From Octopus vulgaris (Eukaryota): a stretch of DNA of 64,000 bases. Shown here one piece after another: positions 1 to 11,595 of the stretch (positions are counted from its first letter, which is position 1; every line of letters starts with the position of its first letter). The DNA is taken from NCBI GenBank assembly GCA_951406725.2, contig OX597815.1:187116001-187180000 (forward strand). Reading direction: 5' to 3'. Made by a program: the position numbers and the translations under genes. The notes below the pieces were generated by a model that saw only the letters and a program-made list of their open reading frames with translations, had not been told where the DNA came from and searched no databases.

Positions 1-235
1 GTACCATATGGTACCTACGTCAGTGGTGTGGTACAATATGGTACCTACACTTGACATAGAGGTTTCTTTTACTTTGGCTGTGACCTAGACATATTGTAAA
101 CACTATTCATAACTAAATAACCAGTTTCAAACAGTTGGACCCAGAAGAAATGAATTGCAATATCAACTTCACTGTTATTTGAACTCAGAAATGTAAGTCA
201 TGAAATTTTAATGAAGTATACAAATGAACCCAGGT

Positions 236-509
236 GCCACTTATAAGCACCCAGTCCACACTGTAAAGTGGTTGGTGTTCGGAAGGGTATCCAGCAGTAA
301 AAACCTTGCCAAAACTGACCTCACCTGTGCTTGTGCCATGTAAAAAGCACTAAGTCCACTCTGCTGAGTGGTTGGTGTTAGGAAGGGCATCCAGCTGTCA
401 AAATCCTGCCAAAACAGTCACAGAAGTCTGGTGCAGGCTTCGGCCCGGCTGGCTCTTGTGGTACTGTCCCACCCATGCTAGCATGGAAGGCGGACATTAA
501 ACGATGACA

Positions 510-545
<36 letters not shown>
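236..545 (+). mobile_element. RTE-type LINE 3'-UTR fragment ending in (GAT)n
   Basis: Motifs gtaaaaagcac...gttaggaagggcatccagc...cccatgctagcatggaa...gatgatgat, the same as the RTE tail at 10500-10960. Confidence 0.75.
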
Positions 546-699
546 CTCTGTTGTATCATTGGCGGTTGTCTTTCAAAGCTTGACATTGATTGGTGCAGTT
601 TATTATCCTCAGTGTCCTCATCGTTATAATTAAGGAATTTGACCATTAACATTCCATGTAAATAAATCACTTGCTCCACTCATCTCATACGCACGCATG

Positions 700-1210
700 C
701 ACACATATACGCACTACATACACATATACATACATACATACATACATACCTATATTCATCATTTAAATATTTATGAGCATGTCTAGATATGCAATTATAT
801 GCATGAGAATACATACATAAAGCAAAACATACAAATCTGCACATAAACATACATACAAACATACATGCATACATACATACATACATACATACATACATAC
901 ATACATACATACATACATACATACATACAAAAATACCATATTGTTGACGATGAAATTCCAATGAAGGAGCCTTGGATCTAGGTTAGAAACTGGTTCTGTT
1001 TTAGCAAGAAATCTTGAAATAAAACTGAACAATGACATACATACACACATGCATGCATGCATACATACATATATACATACATACATACATGCATGCATAC
1101 ATACATACATGCATACATACATACATGCATACATACATACATACATGCATGCATACATACATACATACATGCATACATACATACATACATGCATGCATAC
1201 ATACATACAT
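700..1210. repeat. (CATA)n/(CATG)n compound microsatellite, partly the tail of the adjacent SINE
   Basis: Direct reading. Source of the MYVC/HTYI ORFs. Confidence 0.95.
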
Positions 1211-1535
1211 AAGAGCACTCCGTCGGTTGTGACGATGAGGGTCCCAGCCGATATGATCAATGGAACAGTTTGCTCGTGAAATTAATGTGCAAGTGGCTGA
1301 GAACTCCACAGACACGTGTACCCTTAATGTACTTCTCGGGGAGATTCAGTGTGACACAGTGTGTGACAAGGCTGGCCTTTAGAAATACAGGTACTGCTCA
1401 TTTTTGCCAGCTGAGTGGAATGGAACAACGTGAAATAAAGTGTCTTGCTCAAGGACACGATGTGCCACTAGGAATTGAACTCACGACCTTACAATCATGA
1501 GCTGAAAGCCCCTAACCACTAAGCCACATGCCTTC
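930..1535 (-). mobile_element. tRNA-headed SINE (family C); related copy at ~57370-57680 (+)
   Basis: On - it reads gtggcttagtggttag...gagttcaattcc (A/B boxes) then gtgtccttgagcaagacac. Shares its body with 57370-57680. Confidence 0.7.
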
Positions 1536-1730
1536 GCATACATACATACATACATATGTATTACGTACATATAAGATGGATGACAGCTACGTGGACAACC
1601 CTTATGCTAGAAGTAGATCTGTTAAGACCATAATGGATCTACTTCTAGCATAAGGGTTGTCCACGTAGTGGTCATCCCTCTTATATGTATGTAATACATA
1701 TGTATGTATGTATGTACATATATGTACACG

Positions 1731-2130
1731 TAAGTAGCTTGTTTACCAACCACATGGTTCCGGTTCAGTCCCACTGTGTGGCACCTTGAGCAAGTGTCTT
1801 CTACTATAGCCTCGTGCCTACCAAAGCCTTGTGAGTGGATTTGGTAGACGGAAACTGAAAGAAGCCCGTCGTATATATGTATATATATATATGTGTGTGT
1901 GTATGTTTGTATGTCTGTGTTTGTCCCCCCAACAATAGCTTAACAACCGATGCTGGCGTGTTTATGTCCCCGTCACTTAGCGGTTCGGCAAAGAGACCGA
2001 TAGAATAAGTACTGGGCTTTACAAAGAATAAGTCCCAGGGTCGAGTTGCTCGACTAAAGGTGGTGCTCCAGCATGGCCGCAGTCAAATGACTGAAACAAG
2101 TAAAAGAGTAAAAGAGTAAAAGAGTAAAGA
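1731..2130 (+). mobile_element. tRNA-derived SINE family A (slightly 5'-truncated), (GAGTAAAA)n tail
   Basis: Near-identical to the copy at 11180-11595. Confidence 0.85.
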
Positions 2131-2264
2131 GTATATAAGATGGATGACCGCTACGTGGACAACCCTTATGCGAGAAGTAGATCTGTTAAGACCATAACGG
2201 ATCTACTTCTAGCATAAGGGTTGTCCACATAGTGGTCATCCCTCTTATATGTATGTAATACATT

Positions 2265-2672
2265 TCTCTTTCTCTTTCTCTTTTACTTGTTTCAGTCATT
2301 TGACTGCGGCCATGCTGGAGCACCACCTTTAGTCGAGCAAATCGACCCCGGGACTTATTCTTTGTAAGCCCAGTACTTATTCTATCGGTCTCTTGCTGAA
2401 CCGCTAAGTGACGAGGACGTAAACACACCAGCATCGGTTGTCAAGCAATGCTAGGGGGACAAACACAGACACACAAACACACATACATATATATATATAT
2501 ACATATATACGACAGGCTTCTTTCAGTTTCCGTCTACCAAATCCACTCACAAGGCATTGGTCGGCCTGGAGCTATAGCAGAAGACACTTACCCAAGATGC
2601 CACGCAGTGGGACTGAACCCGGAACCATGAGGTTGGTTAGCAAGCTACTTACCACACAGCCACTCCTGCGCC
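2265..2672 (-). mobile_element. SINE family A, full length, inverted relative to 1731-2130
   Basis: Reverse complement of ggcgcaggagtggctgtgtggtaagtagc...gactgaaacaagtaaaaga. Confidence 0.88.
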
Positions 2673-2774
2673 TATACATATGTATGTATATATGTATGTA
2701 TGTACGTATATGTACACACACACATATACATAGGTATTCATTTTTATGGTTTTACTTTCGTTTAATCTATTCAG

Positions 2775-3001
2775 GGCATCACCGTTACGTATTCATGTTG
2801 TACAAACAACCTAATGGCAGAATGGACTTTCCTGGACTGAAAAAGTTAACAAACAACAGTGCAGAAGGTAGACCTAACCACAGGATGAGAGACATTGCTC
2901 GGAAATACCATCTGCAGGATGCAATCTATGGAAACTTCTTTCAGGCTGAATGGGATGAAAGTGTACCCAAGCTGCAGCAACAGATCAAAATGCAAACCTA
3001 A
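2775..3001 (+). CDS. PEBP: Last coding exon of a phosphatidylethanolamine-binding protein (PEBP/RKIP family); upstream exons not found in the window
   Basis: Acceptor ttcAG at 2773-2774, phase 1. Translation (G)HHRYVFMLYKQPNGRMDF...YGNFFQAEWDESVPKLQQQIKMQT* contains the PEBP GxHRYVFxLYxQ and GNFFQAEWD motifs. Stop TAA at 2999-3001. Confidence 0.93.
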
Positions 3002-3141
3002 ATATTGATTTGATATAAAAACAGTCGAAAGAACATTATATTGAGTTGTTGCTAACGAAAAAAATACTAAAAGAAATTTTAATGATTTTAAGCTACTAAA
3101 ATATATTTTGCTCATTATAAATGTCACAGGAAACACTATAC

Positions 3142-3147
3142 AATAAA
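3142..3147 (+). promoter_or_regulatory. Probable polyadenylation signal of the PEBP gene
   Basis: AATAAA 141 nt after the stop codon. Confidence 0.55.
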
Positions 3148-3480
3148 GAGAAATATGTTTTGAAGTAAGAAGATACTTTTAACTGTTTAATTCACTTCTA
3201 GAAATTCGCATTAAAATATTTGCACATTAGACAAAATACTTTACAGAACATTAACTATAAAATATTCATTTTGCAAAAAAATGTATTTTGTCTTCTCAAA
3301 GTTCTGTGACCCTTTAACATTCGTATTACTCTGGCAAACGTAATACTTATTTTATTCGCATCATTTATAATTAATCATACATTGTCTTAAAACTTGATTG
3401 TATATTTTTAGAATGACATTGTAGGGTATGTGTGAGAGGCTGGATCTGGCCAGTTTGAGCATAGAAGAGGTAGAACATTT

Positions 3481-3952
3481 GATTCTGGATGCCTTACCTC
3501 CCTGGGCATGGACACATTGAAACTCCGATGTCTGGCAGCTGACTTGGCAGACACCCATAAAATTATTAACCATCTTACAAACAATAACTCTGAGCACCTT
3601 TTCAAACTCCACCTGTCTAACACCCGTGGACATTGTTTACAAAGTCAGAAAACAGCACAGCTCCCATGACTTTCGGAAACATTTTTTCATGCTAAGAGTT
3701 GCTGAAGTATGGAACAAACTGTCGGCATCAGTTGTTAGTTGTCGGAGTACTGCATCCTTCAAAACTTCCATGCTTCTTGAGATTCACCAACACTACACCT
3801 GATTTTCTCCCTTCCATACACACGCAAGCATGTACCTAACCCATACACTGTTCACTTTCCAGACATTTGTACATTACTGCATATGCTTTACACGCACTTT
3901 TGACAAGTTGTAGTGCACCTGAGCACTGTATACAATAATTTCATTATTATTA
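3481..3952 (+). mobile_element. CR1/L2-type LINE 3' fragment; shorter tails of the family at ~43405-43515 and ~45165-45255
   Basis: Translates to ...YKVRKQHSSHDFRKHFFMLRVAEVWNKLSASVVSCRSTASFK (CR1 C-terminal FFxxRVxxxWNxL motif) and ends in an (ATT)n tail. Confidence 0.8.
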
Positions 3953-5137
3953 TTTAAATGCTAAATGGTTAGAGCCAATCTACCAGGGACAAACGTCCTT
4001 TGGTTCTTTGATACAAAGTAACCAGTTACAAAGTGTTTGTATCAATATTAAATCTTTCCATAATAGTTTTTTAAAAAATTTTTATTTCTGTCTAAGAACC
4101 TTCTGTTAATTAATATTCTAAACATCAGTTTGATATAGAAATAAATGTAAAAATTAATTATTTGACTAAATCCCTTGAAATTCTTGATTATTTTCAAAAG
4201 TGATGAACTTTCACAGGTATGCAATATAAATCATTTGAAATGCAGTTATGAAAAGCTTAACTAGATCCGACAAAGGCAATAATCACCATAAAAATCCAGC
4301 TGTAGTATCTTTATATGCAGACACATGTCCTTTCTCTTCTTCACAGGTGTACAGTTTTAATCCTTCATTATTAACTCTATTAGCAATCAATAAAAGGTAT
4401 CTGTACAGGTAAAATATATCAGCCCATTCTCTCCCTCACTTTCTCTTTCTCACCCATTTTTTCCCTCTTTTTCTCTTTCTCCCCCTCTCTCTTTCTCGTT
4501 CTCCCCCTCTCTCACACACACACATACACGCACACACAATCTGAATTTGGTTTGATATTTCAATGTTATCTTTAATATTTGGTCCCAGTCAGCCTAGTAC
4601 AAAGTGTTCCAAACATGGCCATCTCACTTTTTTTTTTCAGACAGAGAATTAAGCACTCTATTAACCAACACATCTTCCATTTTTTTTTAAACATAAAAGT
4701 GTAGTTTGAGAGGGCATTTGTCAACTATTTCCAGCATGTTGTGCAACAATAGTCAAGGCTTTCTTGTTGGTTCAGCATAGATTTTGAAGTTAGAAACATT
4801 TGGAATGCAGTTACCATAAACGAGCAAAACTTGTCTGAAGTCATTTTAAGGTTGTCTCCCTTGCAGTAACTAATGCTAATGACAACCAGGTAGCTAGAAA
4901 TGCATTCATTGTTCTGCTGAGAGGTGGTACCTTGAAATGATTGTTGGTGTTTCTCAACATCTATCGCCTAAAGCAAGAAAAGTCAAATATGTGCCAAACA
5001 CATTTCAACTGATCTAAATGTTTGTTTTATAACAATGTCTCAGTGTGTTGATCTTCATTGTTTCTGTAATCTTAGGTGTAAGAATATCATGGATTAGACT
5101 GGCTGCATATGTTGTAAACAGGAACAAAACTCACAAA

Positions 5138-5457
5138 TACAGTTCTATATTTAAGAGATGAGGAATTATGTACATTATTTACATTATTTACATATGGCAT
5201 ATGGTGCAGTGGTTAAGAGCGCAGGCTACTAACCCCAAGATTTGAAGTTCGATTCCAAGCAGTGACCTGAATAATAACAATAACAATGACAATGACGATG
5301 ATGATGATGATATTGAAAAATACCTTAGGAATGAGAACCCAGGTTCAAAATTTCCCCCAAGACACCTGAAGAAGGCTGGAGGGTATATCAGCTGAAATGT
5401 TGTGTTAACAACAAACAAGATGAGGACAAATATCCGTCAAATGTAAATAATGTAAAT
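5138..5457 (+). mobile_element. tRNA-headed SINE-like element containing a hammerhead ribozyme fold, with 12-bp TSD
   Basis: TSD AAAACTCACAAA at 5126-5137 and 5458-5469. A box 5202-5212, B box 5246-5256, hammerhead fold 5361-5406. Confidence 0.8.
5361..5406 (+). ncRNA. Minimal type-I hammerhead ribozyme (Penelope-like)
   Basis: Stem I GACAC/GTGTT, core CTGAAGA(A), stem II GGCTG/CAGCT, GAAA, minimal stem III, cleavage triplet GUU. Confidence 0.7.
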
Positions 5458-5897
5458 AAAACTCACAAACATTTTATTATATATTTATTTAAGGAAAGGT
5501 TGAATATAGATATAGATGAATTTTCAGATAGTCACTGGTAGAGAGACTTAGGAAATAGGGATCAACTTTCATGGTATCTAAAGACATTAATGGCTTACTC
5601 TAAAAGCCAGTAACAAACTGGTCTTGAATGAAAATTGAGATGTGAGTTTATTCTGGAGCAACTGTTAATTATCTTGGAGAAAAAGACAAAGAAATGAGTC
5701 AGCCAAATTTTAGTGAAGCTCTGCCTTGGTCTGTTTGCTTGTGGTGAGAAGTGAGATGTGTGTTGGCTGGCTTTTCTCAACCGCCATGAAGAGTTTTAGC
5801 ATCAAACTGCTTATAACTGAGAAAAGAGCATGGATATATATATATATATCTATGTGTGTATGGCTTTTATGTTTGTGTTTATCTTTATCTCACAACA

Positions 5898-6130
5898 CCT
5901 ATTTCTTTACTACCCACAAGGGGCTAAACACAGAGGGGATAAACAAAGACAGACAAAGGGATTAAGTCGATTACATCGACCCCAGTGCGTAACTTGTACT
6001 TAATTTATCAACCCCAAAAGGATGAAAGGCAAAGTCAACCTTGGTGGAATTTGAACTCAGAACATAACGGCAGACGAAATACGGCTACGCATTTCGCCCG
6101 GCATGCTAATGTTTCTCCAGCTCGCCGCCT
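5898..6130 (-). mobile_element. tRNA-derived SINE family B (other copies ~9463-9695 +, 14268-14482 +, 27235-27482 -, 28443-28670 -, 36190-36405 -, 49222-49455 +, 59085-59480 -, 61403-61636 -)
   Basis: Consensus ggcggcgagctggcagaaacgttagc...gagttcaaattcc...ttagccccttgtgggtaataaagaaata recurs many times. The 14268 copy has a 19-bp TSD ATATATAAATTACAGATGG. Confidence 0.85.
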
Positions 6131-6534
6131 TTTTGGGTTATTGGTATAGCTGAATGTTGGTGTTAAAGCATTCCCAAAAGCTTTCAGCATTTGAAATATT
6201 AGCAATATTATTGAAAGTGTCATTAATGCGAAAAAGAAAAAGAAATACAAACAAATTAGAAAATATGAGTTGTTTACTAAGAGTATGACACTTGCTATAG
6301 GACACATTAAAAACTAAATGTGGCGCCATTGCCTTGAAATATACATTTTCTTGGGTGTAACTTAACATAAATTGGTTAAGAATAATCACAAAAAAAATTA
6401 ATATAATAGATTAAGGAAATTCTTTAACACCAAATTCTTTTACAGTGACATGAAAGCTAAATGTGAACAAAAGTATGTAGAATAAATGCTGCTTGGGAAC
6501 CGGTTGAAATTATCAGCATTTTTTTAGTGTGTTA

Positions 6535-6562
6535 TATATAGACACCTATACACATATGACTA

Positions 6563-6604
<42 letters not shown>

Positions 6605-6667
6605 CATATATATATGTAATTATATATATATATATATGTGTGTGTGCATGTACAGTGTATATATATA

Positions 6668-6699
<32 letters not shown>

Positions 6700-6848
6700 C
6701 ACACATATATATATATGTAATTATATATATATATGTGTGTGTGTATATATATATATATATATTTATACACATATATATATATACATATAACTATATATAT
6801 ATGTATATGTGTATGTATACATACGTACATATACATACATATATACAA
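6535..6848. repeat. (TA)n/(TG)n compound microsatellite
   Basis: Direct reading. Confidence 0.95.
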
Positions 6849-7544
6849 TTATAAATAAGGGCAAAAAGAAAAAATTTTCTTTACCAATATGCTGAAAAAT
6901 AGATGCTAAATCGTCTAACCACATAAAATATTTTCACTTATATTTTATATATTTTGTGGTTAGACGATTTAGCATCTATTTTGCAGCATATTTTGGCCCT
7001 TATTTATAATTGTATATATAGTTTTCACCTTTAAAAGGTATTTTTCATAGGTTAGCCACTGATAAAATTTTCTAATAAAAATCTCCATTCTCCTTATCAT
7101 TATTTATACTATTACTTACTCAATGGAAATTATGCATCCCTGAACAGGGCACTTGGATTTACCTTGCAAGAGAAGTTACCAGAGCCAAGCAACTTGTTGT
7201 TAGCTCATGTACCATATAAGGACTGTTGAGGTTAGCCAGCATCTAAGACCGAACTAAGAGGGAACACAGTAACCACCAGGATAATATATCTCTTTAAACT
7301 CAATTTTGTATATATATATATATATATATATATATTCACCATGATAGATTGGTAGCCACTACACACATTTTTTTCTCTCCTTGTTTCTTTCTGTGTTCCT
7401 TTCTTTTCAATTCCTGAGCATTATACTAATACATCTGTTTATTTTTTATTTTCTACACCACCTGTCTTTGTCTTTTGTTTTTTTCGTGAATTCTCCCTAC
7501 ACACACACACATATATATATATATATACATACATATATGTATAC

Positions 7545-7575
<31 letters not shown>

Positions 7576-8689
7576 TATATATATATCATTCACATTTACT
7601 GTTGTAATCTGTTAAAATCAAGGCCAGATTATGAGAAAACATTTTCCTCTGGTAAAAATAAGCAACTAATGTTAAATTGAATTAGTCTTGCAGTGTAACA
7701 CCACCACTTCACACTTGAATACTTTTAGCTGTGTTCATATTCTTATAACCTTCCAAGCTCTGTATCTAGTCTGAGGAAAACCTCTTTCATTGTATCCCTC
7801 TCATTTGGAAACCTTGAAAAGGACTTTTAAGCCTTGCCTACCCCCTTCTGAGAGAGTCAATAGATATATAAATAACTGAAATAAAATAAATAAATTGAAG
7901 ATAAAGGATATACATTATTCAGTGTAATGAACTGAATATAACTTTGCAAATGATACACTCATGAGATACAGAACAGTATTTATATAATAGGCTAAAACAA
8001 ACACAACTACTTGAGGAATTCTTACATAGGTGCTTGTTCTGATAATACTAGTTCTACCTCCCTTGCCGACAGCTCTAATCATTATAATGAGAACCATATT
8101 TTTAATGTCAAAAATTTTATGATAATGTATACGTGACCGCAATACAGACAAGAAAGCTACAGTAGAACTTTAGAAAAACTAATCAAATTCTTTCTTTGAT
8201 AAAAAAAACAAACAAACAAAGCACTTTGCCCTACAAATTTAATTGTTCGAGATAACAAGGGATATAATTTATAACACAAAAGATTTATATTTGAAATTTA
8301 TGCCTTAAAAGTTTTATAAAATTATAACAATAATCTCCAGAAAAGTAAAAGAAATGACCGTGATGAAAATAAACACATCAAACAATATAAAATCTCACAG
8401 AATTAATTAAAATCCTACTTTTGTTAATCTGAATAGCTAAAACACAAATATAAGTTGAAGAACATGTCTGAGTATAATCTGTGTTAGCAGGGAAGCTGAG
8501 AATAAGAGGAATTGCTAATAGATGGCTTCAGAGTGAAGGCATAAGAACATCATGAAATTTTCAGGAGGGAACTTGTCTAAGATGATGGAAACTTCTTAAA
8601 AAGTGTTCTCATTTATGTTTAAAAATGTTATTTAAACTGGCCTTTTTTTATGTAAGAAGTATATCTCCCACTTCACACAGCCATACACA

Positions 8690-9084
8690 TCTCTATATAT
8701 ATAAAGCTGAAGTTGTCTGTGTATGGCAGGTTTGGTAGCCTTTAACTAACACTATCTCCTCCGAGACCCTGCGGCGCAAGTTGACCAAAATTGAGAGTAT
8801 GATAGAAGAAGGCTTGCTCTTCCTTCCGTAGAAGAAAAAAATTCAAATCGGACCATGTTAACACCAAAAATTATTTACATCAAAAAGGGGCTTTTTTTTC
8901 TATGAAAATCCCTATTTTTTACGATTTTTTTACTGCTGTGTCGCCATTTTTTGGGGGTATTTCAACCAGAAAAATGTTCACTTAAAAAGAATAACAAGCT
9001 ACATAATGCAAAATTTTTACTTTTCAAAAATTCCAATTCTAAATGGTTGAAACAAACCCGAGCAACGCCAGGTGATACAGCTAT
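8690..9084 (+). mobile_element. Non-autonomous Helitron-like element
   Basis: 5' TC after A, subterminal hairpin cccgagcaacgccagg, degenerate CTAG end. Highly similar to 55904-56298. Confidence 0.75.
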
Positions 9085-10499
9085 TATTGAATTAAAAACA
9101 GAGTAGGAGATCTACATAATAGATGACTATCAAATAGAAATATGGCAGATATATAGATTAAATATGCATACACAGACATGTGATGAAAGATAAAAGATAA
9201 GTAACTGCCAAACAGTTTCTTTTCAATACCATACTTTGGTACTAATTTGTTTTGGTTGAGTAGCTGTGAGCATTCGCATGGAGGATTGTTAATAAACAGT
9301 AGCAGGCATGGCTGTGGAGTAAGAATCTTGCTTTGCAACCATATGGTTCCAGGTTCAGTCCCACTGCATGGCACCTTGGGTGAGTGAGGTCTACTATAGC
9401 CTCAGGCTAGATTAATCCTTGTAAATGGATTTGGTAGACAGAAACTGAAAAAACTGAAAAAAAGGCGGTGAGCTGGTACAAACATTAGCATGCTGGACAA
9501 AATGCTTAGTAGTATTTCGTCTACCTTTACGTTCTGAGTTCAAATTCCGCTGAGGTCGACTTTGCCTTTCATCCTTTCGGGGTCAATAAATTAAGTACCA
9601 GTTACGCACTGGGGTCGATGTAATCGACTTAATCCCTTTGTCTGTCATTGTTTGTTCCCTCAATGTTTAGCCCCTTGTGGGCAATAAAGAAATAAGAAAC
9701 TGAAAGAAGTCCATCATGTGTGTGTGTGTGTGTGCATGTGTCTAAGTGTGTCTCCCACCACTATTTGACAACTGGTGTTTGGTGAGTTTATATCTGTGAC
9801 TTAGTGATTCAGCAAAAAGAGACCAATAGAATAAAGACCTGGCTTTGATAAAAAAAAAAAAAAGAACTGAGATTTATTCATTTGACTAAAATTCTTCAAG
9901 GCAGTGCCCCAGCATGACCGCAATCTAATGACTGAAACAAGTAAAAAATAAAAGATAAGCATTTAAATTAGTTCTTGATTATAAGAATAAAGATTTAATT
10001 ATCCAGTGAACACAAAAAGGAGGAATTTCAACCATGTTTCGTGGTCTGCTACCACAACAGCTCCTTTATAGAATCCAGTTAGCTCAAGTCATCATCAGGA
10101 GGAACCACATCCAGTTTCGGCCCCTACTCCTCTACCATTTTGACATGGCGGGACCCCCACTTTTGGAGGTGTCTTCAGCTCTGGTGTTGGGTGCATTATC
10201 CAGTAAACACAAGTGTAATTAACAGAGACAACTAATTGCTGATCTGGGTAATCAACCAAGCAGGTTTCACAGGTTAGGACAGAACAGTTGCAATGGTCAT
10301 GTCTGTCTCAAAGTCATCAATGAACTTAGCTCCAAGTTTTGGTTTTGTCTGATGCTTACTTCCATGCAATAATGGTACACAACATTCTTGGGTAAACTAA
10401 CTTTTCTTTCCTTCATTTTTTTCTTTTTTTTTTTGTATTTTGAGAATAATTCTAATAACAAAAATCTAAGAATTGATATTAAATCAAGTAAGGACAATT

Positions 10500-10960
10500 T
10501 TGTTCAAGAGGCAATGACGAAAGACCGAGACTTCTGGAGATATGCTGTGACTGCGAAGACCTGACAAATGAAGTGAGTTCATGGCTCGCAGAATAGCTTG
10601 CTGTGCTTACCTTGAACCGTAGGGCAACCTGCTGTGCTTGAGGAGACCTATTGAGTCAAGTACATTAACATCAAAATAAAAATCAAATGGAAATTGTAGT
10701 TGTGATACCTGTGCCGGTGGCACGTAAAAAGCACCATCCGAACATGGCAGATGCCAGCGCCGCCTTGACTGGCACGTAAAAAGCCCCCACTACACTCATG
10801 GAGTAGTTGGCGTTAGGAAGGGCATCCAGCTGTAGAAACATTGCCAGATCAGACTGGAGCCTGATGCAGCCTCCTGGCTTCTCAGACCCTGGTCAAACCG
10901 TCCAACCCATGCTAGCATGGAAAACGGACGTTAAACAATGATGATGATGACGATGAGGAT
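10500..10960 (+). mobile_element. RTE-clade LINE 3' end (ORF2 C-terminus + 3'UTR)
   Basis: EAMTKDRDFWRYAVTAKT* carries the RTE DRxxWR motif. It is followed by the ggcacgtaaaaagcacc...gatgatgat tail found in about 10 places in the window. Confidence 0.75.
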
Positions 10961-11179
10961 GAAGCAGGTCTTAAGAAATAAAGACCGTGTGTCCTTGTGG
11001 AAAGTTTAAGGGTGACAGGTGCAATCATGGCTGTTTGGTTTAGAAGTTTGATTCCCAGTCATATAGTTCTGTGTTATCCCATTGCAGAGATCTTGAGTGA
11101 GTATCTTCTATTATAGCCCCAGGTTAACCAAAAGTTTGCGAGTGGATTTGGTAGAGAGAACTTGAACAAAGTCTGTCAA

Positions 11180-11595
11180 AGGCGCAGGAGTGGCTGTGTG
11201 GTAAGTAGCTTGCTAACCAACCACATGGTTCTGGGTTCAGTCCCACTGCGTGGCACCTTGGGCAAGTGTCTTCTGCTATAGCCCCGGGCCGACCAATGCC
11301 TCGTGAGTGGATTTGGTTGACGGAAACTGAAAGAAGCCTGTCGTATATATGTATATATATATATATGTGTGAGCGTGTATGTTTGTGTGTCTGTGTTTGT
11401 CCCCCTAGCATTGCTTGACAACCGATGCTGGTGTGTTTACGTCCCCGTTACTTAGCGGTTCAGCAAAAGAGACCGATAGAATAAGTACTGGGCTTACAAA
11501 CGAATAAGTCCCGGGGTCGAGTTGCTCGATTAAAGGCGGTGCTCCAGCATGGCCGCAGTCAAATGACTGAAACAAGTAAAAGAGTAAAAGAGAGT
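11180..11595 (+). mobile_element. SINE family A, full length, flanked by ~80-bp duplication
   Basis: A-box-like tggctgtgtgg and B-box-like ggttcagtccc. Flanks 11099-11178 and 11592-11671 are duplicated. Confidence 0.88.

Noticed and set aside
680-1315. ORFs rich in MYVC/HTYI (also 6529-6854, 38529-39053, 50180-50506)
   Set aside because: Microsatellite translations.
2438-2774. N-terminal part of the 187-aa ORF joined to the PEBP exon
   Set aside because: SINE and microsatellite sequence upstream of a clear splice acceptor; chance open frame.
5195-5265. tRNA gene (likewise the tRNA-like heads of SINE families A-D)
   Set aside because: A/B boxes are present but I could not build a complete cloverleaf, and the heads continue into repeat bodies.
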